The notes under the pieces: model-generated
Told to the model about the DNA's origin: nothing
What the model saw: the letters and a program-made list of their open reading frames with translations, nothing else
Databases searched by the model: none
In this document: piece by piece, positions 22,958 through 36,551 of the stretch
Layout of the letters: every line of letters begins with the position of its first letter
How positions within the stretch are numbered: the stretch's first letter is position 1
Source of the DNA: Hypanus sabinus
Taxonomy: Eukaryota
Direction of reading: 5' to 3'
NCBI RefSeq assembly: GCF_030144855.1
Contig: NC_082727.1
Span: 41,044,001 to 41,108,000 of the forward strand
DNA: 64,000 nt
Made by a program: the position numbers and the translations under genes

Positions 22958-25900
22958 TTATAAATTGGAAAAGTAATTTAGGAAAGGTCCCCAAATATCA
23001 TAATAAGATTGTTTCGAATTTAAGACTGAGCAGTGGATCTTTTCTAAATTTAAATACGACATAATATCACGTAGCCATTGAAGATGTGTAGGAGGGGTAG
23101 ACTCCTTCCATTTAAGCAAGATTGCTTTTCTTGCTAAAAGAGAGGTAAAAACTAAAACCTGTAGGTTAGGAGTATTTAAAGTTTTATCTTCATTTGCAAT
23201 AATACCAAACAAGGCAGTAAGGGGATTTGGGTCAAATTGGACCCTAAAAAGTTGAGAGAAGGTATGAAATACTTCCCACCAAAATTTTTCAATTGTAGGG
23301 CAAAACCAAAACATATGAATTAAAGAGGCAACAGCAGAGTTGCATTTATTACAAAGTGGAGAAACGTTCGGGTAAAAATTGGAGAGCTTCTGTTTAAAAA
23401 TATAAGCTGTATGGACCACTTTAAATTGTAGAAGAGTGACGAGCACAGAAAGATGATTTATTAACCCGTTTAAGAATTTTATTCCATCTATCGTCAGAAA
23501 TCTGACAATTTAGGTCATCCTCCCAAGCTTTTTTTATTTTATCTAAAAAGTCTTGTCTGGAATCAATCAACAAGTTATAGATACCGGTAATAGAACCATT
23601 AACAAAAGGTTTTAAATTTAAAAGATCGTCCAGTAAATTTTTATCAGAACCTATAGGAAAAGTAGCTAATTGGAAACGTAGAAAATTTCTAATTTGAAGG
23701 TACCTGTAAAAATGTGATTTTGGGAGTGCAAATTTATTTGACAGTTGGTCAAATGAAGCAAAAGATCCTGACATAAACAGGTCCCAAAAACACTTAATAC
23801 CTAATTCATCCCAATCTTTAAAGACTTTATCAGTCATGGAAAGGTTAAAAAAATAATTAAGGAGAATGGGAGATGACAATGAAAAATTCGCTAAACCAAA
23901 AAATTTTCTAAATTGCGACCAGATTCTTAAAGTTTGCTTAACAATTATGTTATCTGTTGTTTTATTTGCTGAAAAGGAAGAGTATGATCAAAGAAGAGAG
24001 ACAATGGAGGAATTTTTTACAGAATTAACTTCTAAGAGACCCATGATGGGCAATCTTTATGATAAATACAATAGGACCAGAAAGTAATATTCCTTATATT
24101 GGCAGTCCAATAGTAAAACCTAGAATTGGGTAGGGCTAGTCCACCCATCTCTTTATTTCTTTGTAAGTAAACTTTACTTAAACGAGCTTGTTTATTATTC
24201 CAAATATAAGAGGTTAAAATTGAATCAAAAGAATCAAAGTACGTCTTAGGAATAAAAATAGGTAAGGCCTGTAAAAGATATAAAAATTTAGGCAGAATCT
24301 TCATTTTAATCGAATTAATTCGGCCAATTAGGGATAAAGAAAGAGGGGATCATTTAGAAAGCGTCTTTTTCACATAATTCAATAAGAGGTTTAAGGTTTC
24401 TTTGAATAAATTCTTGTTTTTAGTAATTGTTACACCTAAATATGTAAATTGACTTGTAACAACTTTGAATGGAAATTTGGCATTTGATGACATTAGGTCA
24501 TTTAAAGGAAATAGCTCACTTTTATGTAGGTTCAGCTTATATTCTGAAAAAGAACTAAACTGGGAGATTAAAGAAAGAACCAAAGGTAAAGAAGTTTCAG
24601 TGTTAGAGATAAAAAGTAAAATATCATCAGCGTCCTTCTCGAAGTGCTATTGCTAAGGGTTCTATAGCTAAAGCAAAAAGTAAAGGACTAAGAGGACATC
24701 CTTGTCTAGTTCCCCGCTGTAATTTAAAGGGCTTAGAAATTTGGGAGTTAATAATAACCTGAGCGGTAGGAGACAAGTAGATTAATTTAACCCAATGACT
24801 AAAATTAGGCCCAAAATTAAACTTTTCTAAGGTCTTAAAACGATAATTCGACTCAATCCTATCAAAGACTTTTTCTGCATCTAAGGATAATATACACTCT
24901 GATATTTTTTTTGGATGGTGAATATATCACATTCAATAACCAATGTATATTAAATGTGAGTAGCGATTTTTAATAAATCCTGTCTGGTCATGTGATATAA
25001 TAGATGGTAGAATATTTTCAAGTCTTCGAGCTAAGATTTTGGCTAAAATTTTTGCATCAACATTTAATAAAGAAATTGGTCTGTATGAAGAACATTCAGC
25101 TGGATTTTTATTTTTTTTAAGAATAAGAGAAATAAAAGCTTCATAAAAAGATTGAGGGAGTTTACCTGATTTAAAGGACTCTGATAAAACAGAGGATAAA
25201 TAAGGTGTAAGTAACGTAGTGAAAGTTTTATAAAACTCCCCAGGAAAGCCATCAGTTCCTGGGGTCTTACCAGAATGTAAAGCACATATAGCCTCAGCCA
25301 CTTCTAACTGTGTTAGACGATCAGCAATGTAGGAATGTTGATATTACTAAAAAAAAAGCATTCATATAGGTATCATCTGAAGAAGAGTCAGACTGATACA
25401 ACTTAAGGTAAAAGTCTTTAAATATGTTGTTAATTTCAGAATGGTCGGATGTCTTAGTTCCATTAACAAAAAATTTCTGTGATTTGACGATAAAAAGATT
25501 TTAAGCGATTGGCTAATAAACTACCAGTTCTATCCCCGTGAATGTAAAATTTAGTTTTATCTCTCAACAGTTGTCATTCAATTGGGTAAGTCAGCAGAAG
25601 ATTATACTTGGATTGGATTTCAATACGCTTATTATATATACTTGGGTCTAGAGATAGGGCATACTTTCGATCAAGATCTTTTAATATCGCTGCTAGGTCA
25701 AGCCTTTCTTTGTCAGCTTTTTTCTTTATATAGGTAGAGTAAGAGATAATTTCTCCACGAATATATGCTTTAAAAGTATCCCAGACTATATTACCAGCAG
25801 TATCTCATTTTAAAATTTTCTTTAAAGGAAAAAATAATATGGTTTTCCAAAAACTTTAGAAAATTTTTATCAGATAACAATGATAAGTTAAAATGCCAAC

Positions 25901-26633
25901 TTCTATTTGGTACAGAGTAAACAGGTAATCTTAAAGCCAGAAGCACAGGTGCATGATCAGACAAAGCAATCTCCTTATAATCACAGGATCGTACCAGTGG
26001 AAGCATGTTTCTATGTATAAAAAAAAATCAATCCGAGAGTACGTATGATGAACCTGAGAGAAATATGAATATTCCTTTTCTTGGGGGTGTAAAAAAATGC
26101 CACACGTCAAGAATTCCACATTGACAAAAAAAAAGATTTAAAAAATAAGACTGATTTATTATTGACGGGTTTTACTTGAAGAGCAATCTAATATAGGATC
26201 AAGCCAAAAATTAAAATCTCCACCTATCACTAAGGAATACCGATTCAAATCAGGCAGAAAAAAGACGTTCAAAGAACAAGGAGTCATCTGTATTTGGAGC
26301 GTATACATTCGCAAACATGATTAGTTTATTCCCAAAACTACCCGAAACAATAACAAATCGCCCATTTGTATCAGAAGTTAATTATGTTGAATAAAGGATA
26401 AATTCTGATCAAACAGGATAGAGACGCCTCTTGATCTAGATTGGGAGGGTGAGTGAAAATGTATACCCTTCCATCCTTTGAAAGAACATAAAACACAATC
26501 TTTATGAATATAGGTTTCTTGGAGAAAGATTATATGTTTAAAGTTTCCGGATATAAGAGAAAATCTTATTTCGTTTAACTGGGTTATTTAGACCTTTCAC
26601 ATTAAAACTGAGTATATTAATAAAAGTATCCAT
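22958..26633 (-). pseudogene. L1 ORF2 (APE endonuclease, RT, C-terminal Cys/His motif), multiply disrupted
   Basis: MDTFINILSFNVKGLNNPVKR; YSRIDFF; SDHAPV; YRPISLLNVDAKILAKILARRL; GTRQGCPLSPLLFALAIEPL; ADD with the Tyr removed by a deletion at ~24633; CNKC...HMFWFCP. Confidence 0.92.
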
Positions 26634-27330
26634 CAAGTATCCTTTAGTAATATATAAAAGATAATCACAGACATGTAGATAGTGAATAAGTAAAACAGTA
26701 AAAACATCCAATCAGCTTTATAGAAGAACCCATTTTCCCCCCTCCCTCCCCCCAAAGAGAGAAATCATCCAAAGGAGGCTGAAGACTAATTCTAACGTTC
26801 CCAACCCAAAACTCCAGTGGCTCCAGAAAATATGCATAGCTGCGCTGAATAAACTATTGTAAATATATAATACCAAAAAAAATCAAAGGAAATAAGTTTG
26901 CTAATTATGATTTTAAAAAACCATGGGGAAATATAAGTATTAGTCTCGGTAAAAAAGGAAAGACAGATAAGGAAAATCAAATATGGAAAATCAATAAGTA
27001 AAACAACATATACTTGCGGGTGCAAAAAAAGAGTAAAGAAACAAACAGAAGATAATTAAAAAGGGAAGCAGTTTAGATAGCTACCTACATAACACTGAGA
27101 GAATATAACGTATTGTTTAAAAAGAGCTGCGAAAAACAGCAAAAGAGAAAATGGATGCAGTCTGCCTGCATATTTTGCATAGTTTGAAAGATAACAAGGT
27201 GCCAGTTACTTAGTCAAACAAATGATTAAGACTTCATAAAACCAAGAAACCTTGTTATCAACAAAATGCCAATTACTTGATTGAACACCTGAAATTAAAA
27301 CATTTAACATAAAACAACTCAAAGTTGAAT

Positions 27331-28149
27331 TTAAGGATGGAGACTTTGTAAAAGTTTCTTAACTTCTTCAGGCTTCGTAAACCAAGAAACCTTATTATCA
27401 GAAGTAGTAACCTTGAGTTTACATGGATCTCTGAGAGAAAGGCGACAGCCAAGCTTAAAAAGATCAGACATGACCTCTTTAAAAGCCTGTCTAGCTCTTA
27501 GAACTTCCGGTGGATAATCTTGAACGATCCAAAATTGTTGATCACAAAATTGTAATACACATTTCTTCCTTGATTCACGAAGGATCCGTTCTTTAATCTG
27601 ATAGTCATAAAAGCGAATGATAATAGAGCGAGGTTTGGCAAGATCCCAATTAGGCAGGGTAACTCGGTGAACGTGCTCAAATTTTGGTAGTTCTGATAAT
27701 ATATCAGGGAATAAATCTTTCAGCATTTGAGCACAAAAATCAGTAGGTTGATTACCCTCCAGTTTTTCAGGAAGTCCAAGAATTCTGATTTTGCACCTTC
27801 GGTTCCTGGTCTCCAAATCTGTAAGTTTCTTCAGTAACGCGTTGTATTTTTTAAGTTGTTCCTTAGAAATTCTCTTGAAACCTTCGATATCTTTCTGCAA
27901 CACCGGCAGGGATTCTTCGTGTAGCTTAATACAAATTTCGTGGTCATTCACAGTCTGCTGTATACTTCCAAGTTTCCCATTAAGCGTTTTCAGTTCAGAT
28001 TTAACCAGGTCGAAGGAATTCTGTACAAATCAAACTTGGATTCCAAGTCATCCAGTTTATCCAATTTTTCGAGTTTCTCTGACATTTGTTGAATCATTTC
28101 AGTCAAAGTCTCTAAAGTAGTCTCTTTTTTTTGACAACTTTCTACTCAT
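27331..28149 (-). pseudogene. L1 ORF1 (coiled coil + RRM/CTD), frameshifted near the N-terminus
   Basis: GCACCATG start at 28149; DLETRNRRCKIRILGLPE, EHVHRV, PRSIIIRF and QDYPPEV are L1 ORF1p motifs. Confidence 0.85.
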
Positions 28150-28248
28150 GGTGCTCTCACCGAGAGGTTTAAACAGCAAAGTAAGCAATTAATTTCGGAG
28201 CATGTAGCTAGTGCAGCCTAGTCCATTACAGCCACCGGAAGTCTCCCC

Positions 28249-28615
28249 ATGAATGCTAACAGTGCTATTCTCTTCCTTACCACTGACTCAATCTGCAAGT
28301 TAACCTTTAGGAAATTCGGCACAAGGACCCCCAAGTCCCTTTGCACTTCTGTTATTTTTTAAATTTTCACCCCATATAGAAAAACAGTCTCCACCTTTGT
28401 CCCTTCTACCAAAGTGTATGACCATACGCTTCCTATACTATATTCTGTCTGCAACTTCTTTACCATTTCTTCTAATCTAAGTTCTTCTGCAGATTCCCTG
28501 CTGCTTCATCACTACCTGCCCCTTTCTCTATCTTTATATTGTTCACAGAGTTGGCCAAAAATACCATCATCTACATCATTTACACATATTGTGAAAAGAA
28601 GCAGTCCCAACACCT
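28249..28615 (-). mobile_element. CR1/HER1 LINE (right half of the element interrupted by L1)
   Basis: Sequence continues the CR1 from 22615 across the TSD; compare the uninterrupted copy around 59860-60260. Confidence 0.8.
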
Positions 28616-29812
28616 GATAATGTTGTCCTTTAATGCCATACTGCTTTGTTCATCCACCTGACTGGGCTTTCTAGCTTGTTGCTATGGTCAGTTTGACTTT
28701 CACTTCTCACACTGCTGTGTCAGCTAAGACTACAAATAAAACAACTGAAGTTCTCCAGCAATACACAAGTGGCTTACGTATTGCTTGCCTTGGAGTCCTA
28801 TCCTGACTGCTAATCAGATTACAATCCAACCTAATGCACGTGCCTGCCTACTAGATCAAAGTATTCACTCCCACTCCCCAACATCCTGTAACATCTGTAT
28901 TTCAAACATCATCTCAATTACTCTCAGGTGGCCCAATAAAACTTCCACAGGCCTTCAGCTGTCTCTCTCCCCCCCCCCCCATAGTACTTGTTAAGTTATA
29001 TTTAATGGACCAATTATTATTAAATAGTATTTTTCAAAAAAAAAACAAATCCTTGAATTACTTGAACATTAAATGTATGAAATTAAATATATTCTTGCAA
29101 CTTACTCCCACCACCTTTCTGTGTGCTGTGATGTAACTGTGACTTTTCATTTATTTTTTGATAATATTTCTCAAAGTCCCCCTTTTTAAAAGTTTTGCTA
29201 TTTAGTTTTGCCATTTTTGTGTATTCTAAAATTTGCCATAAAACTTAAATTCCTTTATGCCCTCTCGCCTTTTGCTGGTATTTGCAGATTCTTGTTCCAG
29301 GACCATGATTGTTTTTTTTATACAAGAAGTATATGATACATCAAGTAAGTTTTTCATTGCACCAGTGCCTGCATGTAATTATGGATATGACAATAAATTT
29401 GACTTTGACAGGAGGGTTCTGGAACCCAAACAAATGTCTTAAGTCGGGAAAGCAACTACAATCTGTGTTGCACTTGACAGAAGATGCTTACAGCTTCATG
29501 GCAGCCAGCAGATCATCATACTAGTCTCCCAAATGCTTATTCATATATACAGGCTGTACATTAGTTGAGTGTTCATACTTCCTTATGTTTATCCCAGTGA
29601 ATCTATAACCATTTCTCAAACCATCAGTCCTATTTTTCCACTTACTTTCCTCTTGTCTATTTTGTTTTGCTTTCTTTTTCCCACAAGTCCTGACCCTCTT
29701 CAGTTCACATATCACTAGGTACTTACAGCACCTTGTTAACTTATGAATACATCTTTAGGATGTTGGAGGTAACCGGAGGGATGGGCAAAACTTGCTGAGC
29801 AGAGGGAGAATG

Positions 29813-29868
29813 TACACACATACACACACACACACTCTCTCTCTCTCACACTCACACTCTCACACTCT
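29813..29868. repeat. Compound (CA)n/(CT)n microsatellite
   Basis: ACACACATACACACACACACTCTCTCTCTCTCACACTCACACTCTCACACTCT. Confidence 0.9.
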
Positions 29869-30340
29869 GAGGCTGCAACACACTCTACAGTGCTACTGTG
29901 TCACCCCAAATTAATGTGATCCACACGTGCAAGGGTAAATTTAAAAGCAGTAGGTAAATTGCTGCTGTTATATTATTTCTTTAACAACTTTGGTCTATAC
30001 AATCTAATTTATAATTCCTAAAACAAAAATTAAAAAACAATCTCTGTTTCTACCAATGCTTATTTCCCCAGACTGCATCTTCTTGTGGCTTCTTTGGAGA
30101 TCAGTAGAAGATGCCACATCAGATTTTGCCAGTGGAACCCACAATTGTAAATGAATAAATTACACAATAGTTAGGAGTTACTTACAGGGCCCTTGCAAGC
30201 AAGCAGTGTCAGCAGAAATCTTGTTAGAAAGTCATATGTAAATGAAGATAGAAAACTAAATAATTGAAAGCAAAAAATCCTTTTGATGAAATAAATTCTA
30301 ATTTACTGCAATATAACAGGCAGTTGTTCTTCATTTACAG

Positions 30341-30413
30341 GAGCTCCTGTCAGTCGATGGTTCCAGGAGGCGCAAGGTCTCCGTGCACGTTCTGTCCCGA
30401 GACATGGATTCTT
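30341..30413 (+). CDS. IDE: IDE exon (human exon 23 equivalent)
   Basis: TTTACAG acceptor, GTGAGT donor; 73 nt; ELLSVDGSRRRKVSVHVLSRDMDS(C). Confidence 0.95.
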
Positions 30414-30964
30414 GTGAGTATATGCGACTCCTTTATTAACTGACTTATAGAAACTGGATTCCATTAAAAAAATTATCACAAATGTAAGAATTTTCTATGT
30501 AATTATTTATAGCATTCGGATTTGTTTTGTGTTCAGTAACATCCAGTGGCAAAATGCGTGGCTGTGTTTTATTTTTGTCTATTTTTGACAATGTTATGAG
30601 AATGCCCAACACAGGGAGTACTTAGCAAATACTAAGTGTTCCATCTAATAGTGCTGCTGTCTGCCATTGTATTATGCTGAAAAAATTATTAAAGAAAGTT
30701 AAACTAAAAGAAAATCCTATGAACGTTCAGTTGGTCTAATGGCCTCTAAAGAAAGGAAATCAGTTACCATTGAAAGAAGATATTCGATTGGCTTTATGTT
30801 GTCAATGCTATTTCATAATTTCTAATCTGCCTTCACAATTAATGATCTAACTAGTTCAGTAAATTGTCACTTATTTCCTTCCAAAAAGAATATGAAAAAT
30901 AAGGGTTTAAAACAGATGTCAATTTAGTTCCTATGCTATCAAACACTAACACAAAAAATGAGTC

Positions 30965-31143
30965 CAGGTGCCCCCCTTACAAAGGTGTTCCTATGAAACC
31001 TTTCTTAAGCTGAAATGGCGTAAAGCGAAGAACAACTTATATGGGGAAAATGTTCATAAAAGCGAAAATCCTCGTAATGTGAAAACAGGTTACTAATGTA
31101 GGTCTTTTGTAAAAGCTAAGTGGCGTAAAGCAGGGGACAGCTG
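30965..31143. mobile_element. Tigger/Tc-mariner-type MITE
   Basis: Imperfect TIRs CAGGTGCCCCC / GGGGACAGCTG followed by TA; internal GTAAAGC(G)AA repeats. Confidence 0.65.
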
Positions 31144-32380
31144 TATGTTCATGTATGAAATTCTATCTTGTGCATGCAGCTCACTTATAGTTGCTCGTTT
31201 TAATCAAATTCCAAATAAGAAAATCTGTACAGTAAGTGACATTAGATAATATTATTGTCTAGTTCACCATCTAATCATATTTTGGTTTGACTCAGTTAGG
31301 TTGTGATATTTTAACCTTTTTCAAATGCCTGGAAAGAATTTTTGCCTTTCTATTATGTTATAAATAAAAAATGAATCGGTTCACAGAAGTGATTTAACTG
31401 AGATTCCAGCTCTCTGGGTTGACCTGGGCCTCTGGGTCACCTGCCAAATTACTGTTTTTTTGAGAACCTTATCGGCTTAAGACAAAGGATGTGTGCAATA
31501 TATACTAAAAATGTTTGCATCTTCAATAAATTTTGCAGTACACAGCAAAGGTCAAATTAATGTTTTATATTTGGTGCTCTTGAAAACAGTATCTCTTTGA
31601 TTCTTTTTACTTACCACGTTATGAAGAATTTGAAGAGTTTGCATACCTAAATCTCTGTTTTGCTGCTGCACTATCTTGAGGAATGTTACTGCTTAATGTA
31701 TACTTATACTTGCCTTTTTTATGTTTGCAAATTGTCCATGGCATTTCTGTAATTGCACATACTCCAGTAAACTGATCGCCCTCCTGAAGTCTGTTATTTT
31801 CCACTAGAAAGGTGTTACAAACCCACCAAACACTTTGGTAAACAAAGCCCATTCCAGCACAATTCATAGGGAAATAGAACACATGCATCATTCCCTGCTT
31901 ACTAACCCCTGTCTGTGAAATATATTAATCTCATAGCTTTGTTTTATTTTCTGCCAGTTAACTTGCCAGGGAAAAGTATTGGTAACTAAGTATTTTTCAC
32001 AATTGGAATTATGAAAAATTGAAGTTTAAACAAAACTTTTCTGACCAGTCAAATCGTCCTCCAGTTTTCTTTTTAAAATAAAGTGCTGTTAATGTGGAAT
32101 TTTTCTAATCAAATTAAAATCAATTCCAAATGAAAGATGGTAAAAGTTTTCAATAATTGGGTGGTTGTCAATTGAAAGCTATGTATTACTAATCATGAAA
32201 CATACTGCTTTTCCTTTGCAAAACATATAATTTTGACTAAACGTTCATTAAAATGTAACTATATCTTAGTTCTATACTTAGGCAATTGATTAGTTTATAA
32301 AATAAAAAAAACATTCTCTTGTATGTTTTAAAATAATCTAAACACTGGTTATTTACATATGATAACAAATGTAATTCTAG

Positions 32381-32448
32381 GCCCTGTTATTGAACATGCT
32401 CACTGCCAAAATGATGTCAATTTGACTCCTGCACCACCTTTGCCCCAG
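32381..32448 (+). CDS. IDE: IDE exon (human exon 24 equivalent)
   Basis: TTCTAG acceptor, GTGAGT donor; 68 nt; (C)PVIEHAHCQNDVNLTPAPPLPQ. Confidence 0.94.
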
Positions 32449-33216
32449 GTGAGTAATTTTTTTGATTTCATTTATCTTTTTCTGGACAATATCGTCATTG
32501 AAAATACCTTAAAGGTTTTGGCAACAACAGGTATAACCTTGGTAACTGCTACCTTATGAGTCTAACATTAATGGTAGAGAGGATATTGGAAAAAGATCCT
32601 GAGGGTCAGAATTAATCTACACTTGAAAGGCTGGGATTAGTGAAAGTTGAGCTTTTTTTTAAGGGAGATCCGGTCCATTCTATTAGATTGAATATTTGAA
32701 GATGTAACCAAATGTGTTGATGGGAGCTGTACATTGAAGTCCTTTACAAGGAATTCTTTAAGGTCCCACTTGAGAGACTAGACCAAAAAGTTCAATAGAT
32801 CAATAGTTACATTTAATGTCAGAGATGTATACCATGTATAAGGGTATGGACCAAGTGCTGGTAAATGGGATTAGTGTAGATGGGGATTTGATGGTAAGCA
32901 GAGAAATTGTGTGCTGAAGAATCTGTTTCTCTGCTGTATGACTCTGATCGGATTCCTAAGTTGAAAATTAAAAAGAGCAATTAGTTTTGGTGTGTCTGAC
33001 ATTCTAATATTATTCTTTGAAATTTGGTTTTATTTATTTTACATTGTAATGTTACTTAAAGCAATGTTCCATCCCAAAGCTAACAGAATTCTTGAACTTT
33101 GACCACTCCAGATTAGTTTCACAGGAAAAACCGTGAAAATCAATAGAACTAAATATTTTACAGAAAAGCTTGGGTAATATTTTTCTGCATCAAACAGGAG
33201 TAATCATTTAGCCACT

Positions 33217-33413
33217 TGTGGTGAACTACATATACCTGTCTGGACACGCCCCTCTGCTGACTGCTCCTGTGGCTCCTCCCACAGACCCCTGTATAAAGGT
33301 GATCGGAGGCACTGCTCCTCCCTCAGTCTCCAGGATGTTGTGTGGTGGTCTCTTGCAGCTAATAAAAGCCTGTTGTTCACCTCCCGTCTCCGAGAGTTAT
33401 TGATGGTGCATCA
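33217..33413 (+). mobile_element. Solo LTR (197 bp)
   Basis: TG...CA termini; 5-bp TSD CCACT (33212-33216, 33414-33418); TATAAA at 33292; AATAAA at 33361. Confidence 0.9.
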
Positions 33414-35039
33414 CCACTACAAACCTGTCCCATCATTCTTTTACTTTGTAACTGATCTGTACCTCAGCTTTAACTTTCCCATTCTCTATATCCAAATCTT
33501 TGCAAAACAAAACTTATCAATCAAAAATTTTAATCGACTTGGAATCCACAGTTGATTGGAAAGGAAAGCTTTGAAATTTCTGTTTGTGGAAAATTTGCTT
33601 GCTTATTTCTACCCTAGTTGCAATATTAGGCATCCTTGTTCTAATTTCTCCATATCAATAGTTATACAGCATGTAAACAAGTCATTTGGCCCACTGCACC
33701 TGCAGTTACTGGACCAGTGGCCACCCTTCTGTGTTAATCCCATGTTGTAATGCTTGAACTGAAGTCTTCAATGTCTAGGCAATAAAAATAATTACTTGGA
33801 TACTTCTTAAATGCCATCAGTGACTGTTTAGCCATCATTCTCTCAGGCAATTATTTCAGGAACTCATCCCTCTGGTTGAAACTATGCCCTCAGCTTTATC
33901 CTTTTTTAACAACCTCTTCTCCAAGGAAAACAGTCTAGCCTCTTCAGTTTCTTTTCATAATTGAAAAGTTCCATTCCAGGCAACATCCCGGTGAATCTTC
34001 TTTTGCACCTTGTCCAGAGCTATCACATCTTTCCACTAGTATATTGTATTGACCAGTGGGTGCAGTGCTCCAGCTGACCTTTGACTAATGTTTCATGAAG
34101 TTGTAGCACTTGCTTTACAAGCTGTTCTGAAGGATACATACTGATACAAATATCAGCTGCTGCTGGAAGACCTGTCAATTTATTGAAACAAAAACCCTTG
34201 GGTCTGCTGAAACACTACAGCTGTTACCCGATCTCAAGTTGTTATCTGATTTCTAAACTTGTGTTAGTTCTCCTTACTTGGCTCATGCCTTTCTACATGA
34301 TTGCTCTCCAGGTCCTCAATACTTTAATTTATGTACCACTCACAAATTCAAAAGCTCATGTTGCTTTCTTTATTAAGTTAGTGACATTTGTTATCCATCT
34401 TATTGAATTTTCTTTAACTGCATTTTGCTTTGAAAAGTATCAAGAAGATATTTAATCCTCTTGATCGACTCAACTAGTACTCTTCACTATAGACCAAGGC
34501 ATTCAACTTCGCTCACCCCCCCACCCGAGCTCCTCTGTTATATGGGTACCCATCACTGTCCTCCACAGATCCCTACTACCCCTTCACACATTCATGTGAT
34601 TTTAGGGCCGAACTCCTATCTATGTTCTTTGCTCTGACATATTTAATTAAGTAATGGGCCCTCAATCTTTAAATTTTTTTGCTTATATGTAGGTCAAAAT
34701 TCTTCCTGCTGATTGCAAGTTTTTTTGATCTTTGCCTGTTCTGACAAGTTGTCTATTTCGTCTTTCCTGTGCATTTTATTTTACCCTCCCCCTGCTATTT
34801 TTATCATACCAGTTTCATTATTAAATTATTTTGGAATCATCTGGTTTTAAAAAATGTGTAACTATTCTGTTTTATTTGTAAACCCTTCTTTAATAAGTCT
34901 TAAATGATGCACAAATTAAATAATATAATTTTCCCCAAATTCTAACTCCCTAAAATGCACTTCTTAATTCTCAGTGCAGCTTCTTCCCAAATGTTGTTTA
35001 ATTTGGTTAGCTGTTGCCATCTTTTCCTTGTGTGTGCAC

Positions 35040-35310
35040 AGTTTTGATGTTGCCTTCCCTTTGATTACAGCATTCAAGCAATTTTGATCTGTAGAATCTC
35101 ATGTAAGATAGTAAGTGTAACAACCAATTTGCATATCTGCTTTTGTTATGTTCAGTGACAGATAAATATTGGCTGTGCAGTGGAGATAATGGCCTCTCCC
35201 TTTGAAATTGTATCATAGCATCCTTTTCAAAAAGCTTCTGAAGCAGATGGTGCTTCAGGTTAACGTCTCATGAGACCTTTGACAATACAGCAATCCATCA
35301 CCAGTTTTTG
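35040..35310 (-). mobile_element. Old Deu-domain SINE remnant
   Basis: GATAAATATTGGC...GCAGATGGTGCTTCAGGTTAACGTCTCATGAGACCTTTGACAATACAGCA resembles the Deu core and the 9740-10080 copy. Confidence 0.55.
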
Positions 35311-36551
35311 GCCTGTATTTTCCCGATTGGGGCCTATTGCCAACATTTGCCACATGTGCCTAGTTCTCCTCTATTTGCTTTGTGAGGCCAGTCTTATTGG
35401 TTGAGATTACCCTGGAGCTGAGTGGAAAAGTGAAGAGAAAGACCATAGACAATGTATTTTCATGACATCAGAGAGTCAAAACAAACTAAGACTACAGTTA
35501 CATGTTGGAACATTTATCTTTTTTGCAGCACCTTTTTGTCCTTGATGTTTAAGAACAATCTAAAAAATTAGAATAATTTTAAAACAAATAACTTTAAAAA
35601 TAATGTAACTCAAGTTATGACCACTTTTAAATAATTAAAGATGTTAATAAAGGTAATTTAGCTTTATACATAATGCCTTGCTATCCTTATTCAAGTAAGA
35701 GCTCATGAATTCTGCACCAATATTCATATGACTGACATGAGATCCAAGAGATCTCCCAGTGTATCAGCAGGGGAGTCTTGAGATGCTGTTCAGTTTTGGA
35801 CTTGTGTACCAAGTCTATCGGCAGATTGTAGCTGGGGATTTGCCAGAAGAATGTGGCCATAGTTTCGGCTCATAAAACCTACTGTCACTTCTTAGAAACA
35901 GGAAAAAGAGGATGATTAGGAGCAAGATTGACCCCTTTGAAAATTAGTAACAATGCTGTTGATATTGAAAATTAGGAAATAAACTTGTTATATAATTGCT
36001 TGCCACCATATTTACAAAAGGAAAATTATGAAATACTGGAAAATTACAAATTAGACTAATATTTATTCTCTGGAAAATTTTAATCTATATAATTGAAATA
36101 GGGACAGCAATACAAGATGTAGCCTCATGAACCAGTGATGGTGAAAACTTTTTCCTGTTTTAGTCAAAAACATGCATATTTCACCTAATCCCTCACTGAG
36201 GTAAAAATTAAATAGCCCTATAAACTGCAGATTATTTGAAAGACATTTGTTTTGTCTCATTCAAAACAAATTTATTAATTTGAGCTATTTTCAAGCTTGA
36301 GAATGCTCATGTTGATGGTTGGTATAGCTTGTAATGCTCTACCTCAGCAGTTGAAGCAGGGATCATCATGACTTGTAAGAGAAAATCTGACAAGTCAAAG
36401 GAAATAAAGATAGATTCAAGGTTATAGAGAAAGAGCAAGACATTACACAATTGGTTTTGACTTACTGCAGCTATTGAAATGGTGTAGACATCCTTGTGGT
36501 CTTCTTTTAACTCTTAATTATTAACCTAATAAACTATATTTTGTCTTCTAG

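Larger units (their letters stand above)
22616..28248 (-). mobile_element. Full-length (~5.6 kb) L1-clade retrotransposon, inactivated
   Basis: 9-bp TSD ATGAATGCT (22607-22615, 28249-28257); 5' end GGGGAGACTTCCGG; ORF1, spacer and ORF2; AATAAA (22638-22643 on -) plus an A-rich tail. Confidence 0.95.

Noticed and set aside
30338-30343. NAGNAG (CAGGAG) acceptor at exon 23
   Set aside because: GAG is a rarely used acceptor and the Glu is conserved; there is no evidence of alternative use.
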